Assembly (NCBI GenBank): GCA_048885865.1
Contig: JBHLLF010000059.1
Span: 1-14,102, forward strand
DNA from: Candidatus Hermodarchaeota archaeon
GTDB lineage: Archaea; Asgardarchaeota; Thorarchaeia; Thorarchaeales; Thorarchaeaceae
Direction: 5' to 3'
Length of the DNA: 14,102 bases
The translations under genes were made by a program, and so were the position numbers. Positions 7,536-14,102 of the stretch are shown here, in pieces (positions within the stretch are counted from its first letter, which is position 1; every line of letters starts with the position of its first letter). The notes beneath the pieces are model-generated. The model was not told the origin of the DNA and made no database searches. It was given only the letters and a program-made list of their open reading frames with translations.

Positions 7536-9187
7536 CTGAGAACACTCTCATATTCACGAGAGACTCTAATGTCTACTACTGCAGGCTTTCCAGAGTCCAG
7601 GGCTCGTTGAAGCGCCGGTTTGATGTCTTCAGTCTGTGTGACAGTTTCTCCATGAGCGCCCAAACTCTGTGCAAACAAGTCGAGCTTCACATGCTCATTG
7701 ATTATGGTGCTTCTTCTAGCTAACTCCTCTGACCCGGTCTTGATACGTCTTGTGTGGTAAACGAGACCCCAGGCAAGATCGTTACAGACCACGATGATCA
7801 CAGGAATGTTCTCTCGTACTGCGGTTTCGAGCTCGACGCCGTTGAAGAAGAAAGACCCATCTCCAGTAACGAGATAGATGTCCTTCTTTGGTTGAGCCAC
7901 CTTCGCAGCCATGGCGATTGGTAGACCTGCACCCAAATGGCCTAGTGGTCCTTGTGAATCTATAATCTGTCCTGGATACTCTGCCTTTAAGTACAAGAAC
8001 GCCCAAGCTGTAGTGTCGCCGCCATCAAGAACGAACAGACTCTCCGGCTTAGCAAACTCTCTTAGCTCCCGCATAAGTCGATGCGGTCTGATGGGAACTT
8101 CTACAGGATCCGCCTCTTCGTCGAATCCCTCAAATATCATCTGAGAACCCATCTTCACTTGGTTAGCAAATGCGGTGTCAGTCCTGCTAATATCTGAAGC
8201 CTTGGCAAAGTCAAGCATTGAGCCCAAAACTGCTTTGGCATCACCATGAATTCCTACCTCAATAGGTCTATTCTTCCCGATGACAGAAGAATCGATGTCG
8301 ATATGAATCACCTTGACATCTTCCGCATATGTCGATGGATTGGTACCAAAGCCAAGGAAGTTGTCAAAGCGGGCGCCTACTGTAAGGAGAACATCTGCTT
8401 GCCTAATGCTGAATGTGTTGGCTACCGCATTGCCAATTGACAGTTTATGACTTTGCGGAATGCATCCAAGTCCTAGGAATTCACATGCAACTGGTGCAGC
8501 CAGACGCTCAGCTAAAGATACGAGCTCTTCTGCTGCGCCTGACCAGTAGACACCGCTTCCCGCGACTAACATAGGTCTGTCTGCATTTGCAAGGAGCTCT
8601 ACAGCCTTCTTTATTGATGCTGGGCTACCTGTAGGGCCCTCTGCAGGTCGATACTCTTCTGGGGAAAAATCCTTTGTTGGGCATGGACTCACCTGCACAT
8701 CTTTCGGAATCTCCAGAAGAACTGGTCCTTTCTTACCTGATGTAGCATGAGTAAATGCCAGTCGCACGTACTTGTCAACCAATTTCGGTGTCCTACAACG
8801 TGCAGCCCATTTGGTGAAGGGCTCAACCATCTTGACGGCGTCTATGTCTTCGAAGGCATCCATCTCAGACATATCCAGAGGTGCCGCTGATGTGATGGCA
8901 ACAACCGGACTACCCGCTTGGTTCGCTTGAACAAGTGAGGGTAATAGGTTCACAAGTCCTGGCCCCATAGCGACTAAACACACACCAGGAGTGCGTGTTA
9001 CTCGTCCCCAACCATCTGCGGCATTCCCAGCTGCTTGTTCATGTCTTACACTGATAACTCTGACCTTGTTGTCGATTAGCTCGTCGAGGATGGGTAGTAT
9101 CGACCCGTCCGCTAGGGTGAAGACTGTATTGACGCCTTCTGCTATGATTGCTCTTGCAACAACCTGAGCTCCGGTTGGCTCAGTCAC
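7505..9187 (-). CDS. Thiamine diphosphate-dependent enzyme (acetolactate synthase-like / 2-hydroxyacyl-CoA lyase-like family)
   Basis: RHEQAAGNAADG (catalytic Glu), GPG, GPVLLEIPKD, IHIDID and the ThDP motif GDGSFFF...VVCNDLAWG. The GTG start overlaps the MFS stop (GTGA) and follows GGAGGT. Confidence 0.92.
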   Translation of the reverse strand: MTEPTGAQVVARAIIAEGVNTVFTLADGSILPILDELIDNKVRVISVRHEQAAGNAADGWGRVTRTPGVCLVAMGPGLVNLLPSLVQANQAGSPVVAITSAAPLDMSEMDAFEDIDAVKMVEPFTKWAARCRTPKLVDKYVRLAFTHATSGKKGPVLLEIPKDVQVSPCPTKDFSPEEYRPAEGPTGSPASIKKAVELLANADRPMLVAGSGVYWSGAAEELVSLAERLAAPVACEFLGLGCIPQSHKLSIGNAVANTFSIRQADVLLTVGARFDNFLGFGTNPSTYAEDVKVIHIDIDSSVIGKNRPIEVGIHGDAKAVLGSMLDFAKASDISRTDTAFANQVKMGSQMIFEGFDEEADPVEVPIRPHRLMRELREFAKPESLFVLDGGDTTAWAFLYLKAEYPGQIIDSQGPLGHLGAGLPIAMAAKVAQPKKDIYLVTGDGSFFFNGVELETAVRENIPVIIVVCNDLAWGLVYHTRRIKTGSEELARRSTIINEHVKLDLFAQSLGAHGETVTQTEDIKPALQRALDSGKPAVVDIRVSREYESVLSQVLAATPEG

Positions 9188-10428
9188 TGGGTCAATACCT
9201 CCTCCTCAACTCGGCTCATATCAATTCCAGCAGTTTCAGGTAGAGTAAATGGAAGGAAGACCATTAATACAAAGCCAATGATCGCAAGCATCATACCAAG
9301 CGATACACCCACCATTGTAGCCAATATGCCAACAAACCAACCACCAAAGGATAGACCTCTCGCAAGGCTGAATATTACGGAAGTGGCTGCAGCCCTTGAT
9401 TCGGTCGGGAACATCTCAGAAGCCCAAACACCAAATAGCGCATGACTCCCGAATCCTGCAGGAATAATAAACAATGCCATGACAGCTAGGTCTCTTACTG
9501 GAGTAATTATCGCAAATACGCCCAGCATAATTGTAGCAATGAGTCCAACAATGGCTGATAGCACGAAGCTAATCCTCCGTCCAAATTTATCACCCAATAA
9601 TCCGAATACAGGCAGAATCAGCATTGCAACCAATGATATTAGTGTGATAATTAGGCCCGCTTCTGTTTCAGTATACGCCAACTCGACTCGTAGGAAATAG
9701 GGTCCCCAATCAACTATTGCATGATAAGCAAACTCTGCAGCCCAGAATAGCACCACGGCAAGGATCAATAGCTTTCCTAATCCCTGTCTGAAGACTTGAC
9801 TTATCCCAGTTCTTAGCGGAACCCCCATCTCTCTTTCTTTTTCGTCCAGTCTTTCCCATAACTTAGATTCAGGTATGGTGAAGTACAGAATCAAGATTAA
9901 CGGAATTACCAAGAGTGTAACAAGGAAAGTATTCCTCCATCCATAAACAGGAGCGATTGTTGCTGATGCAACTGCAGAGAGAATGTATCCAACAAGGAAC
10001 ATTGAGTGCATCAAACCACCAAAGAGTCCTCTACGCTTGGGCGCGAAGACCTCACCAAGAAGTGCATAGGCAATGCCCCATGAAACCCCCATGCCTGAAA
10101 GGATTCGTAGAATTGCCAGGATCTCGAATGTAGGTGCAACAGCGGTCAGCGCAGTGAGTATAGCATCCCACAGCACTGAGAAAAGAAGGAAATTCTTCCT
10201 GCCATATCGGTCTGCAAGATTCCCAAACAGAATCGCTCCTGGTACTGTCGCTACATATTGCGCTGAGAAGACGAAACCTATTGCCGCCTCGTCAACAGCA
10301 AAAGCTGTTTGAATATCAAGTGATAGCATGTTTATGATAGTGAGTCCTACCGCATCAAAGGCCCATCCAAGAGCACATGCTAAAAAGACTAGGATTTTCT
10401 CGTTTCTACTATACGTATCCTCGCTCAT
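9184..10428 (-). CDS. MFS transporter, probably a carboxylate/aromatic-acid:H+ symporter type
   Basis: About 12 hydrophobic segments, TM1 LGWAFDA, motif A twice (GNLADRYGRK, GLLGDKFGRR), GEVFAPKRRG, SEMFPTESRA and LPET. ATG 10428 follows GGAAGTG and is preferred to 10458. Confidence 0.92.
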   Translation of the reverse strand: MSEDTYSRNEKILVFLACALGWAFDAVGLTIINMLSLDIQTAFAVDEAAIGFVFSAQYVATVPGAILFGNLADRYGRKNFLLFSVLWDAILTALTAVAPTFEILAILRILSGMGVSWGIAYALLGEVFAPKRRGLFGGLMHSMFLVGYILSAVASATIAPVYGWRNTFLVTLLVIPLILILYFTIPESKLWERLDEKEREMGVPLRTGISQVFRQGLGKLLILAVVLFWAAEFAYHAIVDWGPYFLRVELAYTETEAGLIITLISLVAMLILPVFGLLGDKFGRRISFVLSAIVGLIATIMLGVFAIITPVRDLAVMALFIIPAGFGSHALFGVWASEMFPTESRAAATSVIFSLARGLSFGGWFVGILATMVGVSLGMMLAIIGFVLMVFLPFTLPETAGIDMSRVEEEVLTQ

Positions 10429-10602
10429 TCTGACACTTCCTGCTCTTCCATCAGTCAACTTGGGAGTCGGAGCTGAACCGGGGTAATTTTGAATCCAACT
10501 AAAAGACCTTTTGGAGAGCTTGGCCCCTTGAAACGCTACCTATTTAGAACCCTTTTGGAAGACGTCTCAACCCTATGAGATCAGCAGCATGGAGGATGAA
10601 GA

Positions 10603-11784
10603 TTGTCAATACTCGACTCAATCAAGAACCATGTTCACCATCTCTCTGTAGAGATTGGTCCAAGAGGCTCAGCGACTCCTGAAGAGAAAAGAGCAGCTGC
10701 ATATGCAGAAGAAGTCTACAAGGGTTTGGGGCTAACACCTATAACCGAGGAATTCAGAAGTGCAAAATCTGCATGGCATCCCTTTGCAATTAGCACCTTT
10801 CTTGTGCTCGCATCTGAACTGATATTCCTATATGGTGATTTCTTGGGAGCAATTATAGCGTCTCTCATCACAGGATTGATGCTGATTTCTCTTGTACTAG
10901 AGCTATCTTTCAAAGCTAATCCTCTTCGTTGGATTCTACCAAAAGGGCAGAGTCAAAATGTTTCAGCAGTGATAGAGCCATACTCTGAAGTGAAGCAGTC
11001 TATCGTCCTAGTAGGACACTTAGACACGCATAGGACTCCAATATCCCATCGATCACTGCGCTGGTTTTCAATCTTCAACAGATTGACAACTTTGACTTTC
11101 GTCAGTGCTATTCTGATGCTGATTCTCTTCCTTATTCGAATCTTCTTCATCCTTGAGATTATCGTTTACATCACTGTCATTCTCAGCATCCCAGTGCTGA
11201 TACTCTTCCTCATGGCGTTTACCGCTGATTTCACCTCATACACTACTGGTGCAAATGACAATGCATCTGGTGCCGCCATGACTATGGGTTTGGCTGAGAA
11301 GGTGACCAGCGAACCATTACAGAACAGTCGAGTTTGGGCAGTCAATGTTGGGTGTGAAGAAGTTGGAGCTTATGGATCAGCAGCATGGCTTGAATCTCAT
11401 CTTGATGAGATAGGAGATGCTGTGTACCTGAATTTAGACAACATAGGAGGCCCAAAAGCAGGGCCCTGTTATCTTACAAGAGAAACCATGATTTTCCCAT
11501 TCGTATATGACACTGAGCTCATAGCGTTGGCTGATCGCTTGGCGGACGAGAATCCGGAGCTTGGGGCTTATTCAAGAGAACAGAGGGCCGCTTATACCGA
11601 CGGAGCACTTGGAATCAAAGCTGGATTGAGCTGTCTAACTTTCGTGGGCTATACGCCAGAAGGTGTCATTCCCCACTGGCATCAACAGAGTGATGTCTTC
11701 GAGAATATAGACTGGGATGTCATGGAACGCACATTCAATTTCGTCTGGCTCTTGATGAAGGCAATTGATGAAAGGGTCGCGTAA
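10603..11784 (+). CDS. Membrane-embedded M28 family metallopeptidase/amidohydrolase
   Basis: Zn-ligand motifs GHLDT, GANDNASG, GCEEVG, LNLDNIG and HWHQQSD, plus four hydrophobic helices. GGAGGA at 10591-10596 precedes TTG 10603. Confidence 0.9.
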   Translation: MSILDSIKNHVHHLSVEIGPRGSATPEEKRAAAYAEEVYKGLGLTPITEEFRSAKSAWHPFAISTFLVLASELIFLYGDFLGAIIASLITGLMLISLVLELSFKANPLRWILPKGQSQNVSAVIEPYSEVKQSIVLVGHLDTHRTPISHRSLRWFSIFNRLTTLTFVSAILMLILFLIRIFFILEIIVYITVILSIPVLILFLMAFTADFTSYTTGANDNASGAAMTMGLAEKVTSEPLQNSRVWAVNVGCEEVGAYGSAAWLESHLDEIGDAVYLNLDNIGGPKAGPCYLTRETMIFPFVYDTELIALADRLADENPELGAYSREQRAAYTDGALGIKAGLSCLTFVGYTPEGVIPHWHQQSDVFENIDWDVMERTFNFVWLLMKAIDERVA

Positions 11785-12951
11785 CTAGCTTTGAAACTCT
11801 GCCTTGACCTGTTCCATGAGTTCAGAGTCAGTAAGAAGATCAATTGCTGTCATGGCGAGGGCTTTAGCAGCACTCAGCATTGCATTATTCCCTCGTTCTG
11901 ATACGGAGGCTTCAGCAAATTCCTTTGAATGACCAGCCACGCTCTTATCGCATATTGAAATGTAGGGGTGAATTGCTGGAACTACTTGACTGACATTGCC
12001 TATATCACTGGACCCGCCGCTTCCTTCTGGCAATTCAGTCATTGGTTCGCCAATAGCCTCCAGATTCTTGGTCCATGCCTCTCCCATAGCTTTGTTCATC
12101 TTTCTAGACTGATAGGATGGTTCGACTATCTCGAAATTCAGAGTTGCCCCCGTCGCACTTGCTGCCCCCTTGGCACAATTCTCAACTTTTCCTACTAGTT
12201 CAGCACAGTACTCATCATCTGGAGCCCGGACATAAAAATCCGCAGCAGCATAATCAGGTACGATGTTGGGCTTTACTCCGCCATGTGTAATGACTCCGTG
12301 AATTCTGGACATGCTTTTGATGTGTTGACGTAGCGCATTGATTCCATTGAAAGTCTGAATGACGGCGTCTAGTGCATTGATTCCTTTCTCTGGACTAGCA
12401 GCAGCATGCGAGGATTTCCCGCGGAATTCGATTTTCACTTCAGTCAGAGCGAGACCTTGCCTGCCAACCACAGTGTATCCTGATGATGGGTGGAACATCA
12501 TTGCCGCGTCGACATTCTTGAATATGCCTGCGTCGACCATGGCAATCTTTCCTCCAATGTCCTCCTCAGCTGGCGTACCCAAGAAAATCAATTTGCCAGG
12601 CAAATCCTTCTTGATGTTTCCAAGAGCAAGGCAAGCACCGAGCGCAGCACCCGCAATCAAATTGTGACCGCACGCATGACCTATCTCTGGCAAAGCATCA
12701 TATTCTGCCAAGATAGCTATTGATGGTCCATCTGATTTGTCAGGATGGACTGCACGAATCGCAGTATCCATCCCTGCTACTCCTTGCTCAACTTCAAACC
12801 CAGCTTTCTTCAACTCGTCTGCAAGGCGACGACTAGCCTTGACTTCTTCGAATGCAACCTCTGGATTATCATACATCTCCTCACTGACATCAATCAAGAG
12901 ATTGCGATTCTCATCAACGATTTCTATTGCCTTGTCTTTCCACATCGTCAT
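11785..12951 (-). CDS. M20 family amidohydrolase (M20D, Acy1L2/PM20D2/AbgB-like)
   Basis: NPEVAFEE, LAEYDALPEIGHACGHNLI, GTPAEE, MMFHP, GKSSHAA..PEKGINALDA, GGVKPNIVP, GSSDIGNVS and GHS. Start uncertain (12951 or 12945; the ORF is open to 13002). Confidence 0.93.
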   Translation of the reverse strand: MTMWKDKAIEIVDENRNLLIDVSEEMYDNPEVAFEEVKASRRLADELKKAGFEVEQGVAGMDTAIRAVHPDKSDGPSIAILAEYDALPEIGHACGHNLIAGAALGACLALGNIKKDLPGKLIFLGTPAEEDIGGKIAMVDAGIFKNVDAAMMFHPSSGYTVVGRQGLALTEVKIEFRGKSSHAAASPEKGINALDAVIQTFNGINALRQHIKSMSRIHGVITHGGVKPNIVPDYAAADFYVRAPDDEYCAELVGKVENCAKGAASATGATLNFEIVEPSYQSRKMNKAMGEAWTKNLEAIGEPMTELPEGSGGSSDIGNVSQVVPAIHPYISICDKSVAGHSKEFAEASVSERGNNAMLSAAKALAMTAIDLLTDSELMEQVKAEFQS

Positions 12952-13059
12952 ACACTGTGGTGCGAGCAATCCGCATCTTGAAGTTTCCCATATATGTGCC
13001 ATGAATGCTGGTTTAGTGAAGCGCTAATTTGCTAAACTGATTCTCGAAACCAAAACCTC

Positions 13060-13071
13060 TATATTTAATAT
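13060..13071. promoter_or_regulatory. AT-only TATA-like element between the divergent M20 gene and the 76-aa ORF
   Basis: TATATTTAATAT is preceded by A-rich GAAACCAAAA. It reads as a TATA box on either strand and lies about 30 nt upstream of ATG 13100. Confidence 0.55.
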
Positions 13072-13099
13072 CGAAACCCAGCTCGACGGAGCTCTGCAT

Positions 13100-13330
13100 A
13101 TGACCAATGCCTGCCGGGACGGCGAATGCCGACGTAGGATACAAGATATTGACAATGCTATTAGACATGAGAAGCATGTATGGTCTATCATACTTGAGAG
13201 TTCTCAGGACTTGGATGATGTGAATCATGCTCTCCGGTTCTGCGAGGTGTTTCGTTTGGAAGCCAAGGTCATGATAGACTCACGAGGTCTTGAGGTTCTA
13301 GTCAGAGACGATTTCATTCGACTTCCTTAG
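13100..13330 (+). CDS. Small hypothetical protein, 76 aa
   Basis: Fills the gap between two genes without overlap. ATG start, GGAG at 13088-13091, upstream TATA-like element, plausible composition, and a stop 10 nt from the converging gene's stop. No family recognised. Confidence 0.6.
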   Translation: MTNACRDGECRRRIQDIDNAIRHEKHVWSIILESSQDLDDVNHALRFCEVFRLEAKVMIDSRGLEVLVRDDFIRLP

Positions 13331-13340
13331 AGTCTGGCAA

Positions 13341-13772
13341 TTATTTCATGCGCTTCTTCTCTTCCCTCTGAACCTTCCACAAAATACGCATGAATAGCTG
13401 ATTCAAGACTCTGCGCCACTCAGTTTCTCCTTGCGTCAAATTCTTCCCTTTCATAACCTCCTTGTGCAATTTCTCCAGGTCGTTTCCTGCTCGGTCAATA
13501 ATATCTATGGCTTTTTTGCTAGCTTCAGCTTCGGTTGCATCTTCAAGAATGGCCAGCATCCTGTTCTTCATCATGTTCCAGTCTATCCCAGGGCCAATTG
13601 AGATTATGGGACCAGAAATAATCAGAACCTTCAAGCTGTCCACTTCCTTTCTCCAGGGCTGGAGTGCTTTGGAAGTGATTACTTCTGGCAGGAAGAGAAT
13701 GAAATAATCAGAAAGAGAATCTACTGCTGATACGAAGGATTTGCTTTCATGAAACTCTTTCATCCCACACAT
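13341..13772 (-). CDS. Hypothetical protein, 143 aa, largely helical/charged
   Basis: Uninterrupted ORF filling the gap, with its own TATA box about 23 nt upstream of the ATG. No family recognised. Confidence 0.75.
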   Translation of the reverse strand: MCGMKEFHESKSFVSAVDSLSDYFILFLPEVITSKALQPWRKEVDSLKVLIISGPIISIGPGIDWNMMKNRMLAILEDATEAEASKKAIDIIDRAGNDLEKLHKEVMKGKNLTQGETEWRRVLNQLFMRILWKVQREEKKRMK

Positions 13773-13794
13773 CGTGGCTGCATTCGATTTTCTG

Positions 13795-13801
13795 ATATAA
13801 A
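13795..13801 (-). promoter_or_regulatory. TATA box (TTTATAT) of a probably leaderless gene
   Basis: TTTATAT on the minus strand ends about 23 nt before ATG 13772, the spacing typical of archaeal leaderless transcripts. Confidence 0.65.
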
Positions 13802-13812
13802 TCTCTGTTCTA

Positions 13813-14102
13813 TCAAAAGCCTAGCAACGATTCTCTCTTCGCAACTGAATCAAGCATTCCTCCACCATCAACATTGATCACTTCACCAACAATGAAACTA
13901 GCAGCGTCTGAAGCCAAGAACAAGATAGTATTGGCAATGTCTTCTGGTTTACCAACACGCTTCAATGGGACCTCTACTCGAACGTAGGCGTCAACCTTTT
14001 CTTGGGTCCATCCTCCTTCCCGGTTTCCGATTTCTTCAGGTGTCCATGTTTCAATAAGCCCTGGAGTGATGCAATTGACATTGATGCCAAAGGGGGCTAG
14101 GT
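13813..14102 (-). CDS. Classical short-chain dehydrogenase/reductase (FabG-like), C-terminal part; 5' end lies outside the window
   Basis: Not in the ORF track. Manual translation gives LAPFGINVNCITPGLIET...VPLKRVGKPEDIANTILFLASDAASFIVGEVINVDGG...LLGF*, the standard SDR C-terminus. TGA at 13815-13813. Confidence 0.93.
   Translation of the reverse strand, partial: LAPFGINVNCITPGLIETWTPEEIGNREGGWTQEKVDAYVRVEVPLKRVGKPEDIANTILFLASDAASFIVGEVINVDGGGMLDSVAKRESLLGF

Noticed and set aside
1-14102. CRISPR array, transposase/integrase, tRNA, rRNA, defence system or obvious pseudogene
   Set aside because: I saw no periodic repeats, terminal inverted repeats, relevant protein motifs or broken reading frames.

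Overview
Gene-dense window that looks archaeal. The evidence is GGAGGTG-type Shine-Dalgarno sites, TATA-box promoters including one apparently leaderless gene, and an archaeal-style 'HDISN' sensor kinase. Asgard/Thorarchaeota-like affinity is only an impression. Protein-coding content, in order: an acyl-CoA carboxyltransferase (PccB/MmdA type); a secreted, C-terminally anchored glycoprotein with a dimethylformamidase-like domain; an orphan GAF-PAS histidine kinase; a four-gene catabolic-looking module of two converging pairs (extended SDR + 3-hydroxyacyl-CoA-dehydrogenase-family enzyme >< ThDP enzyme + MFS transporter); converging M28 and M20 metallohydrolases; two small unknown ORFs; and the 3' end of a classical SDR. 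The most striking unexplained element is the first ~250 nt. It is non-coding, GC-rich (143/250, about 57% by hand count) and folds by eye into a nested multibranch structure with a possible pseudoknot. Its wobble pattern mostly favours the minus strand, and it matches no RNA family I recognise. It is a candidate undescribed structured ncRNA that may continue beyond the left edge.
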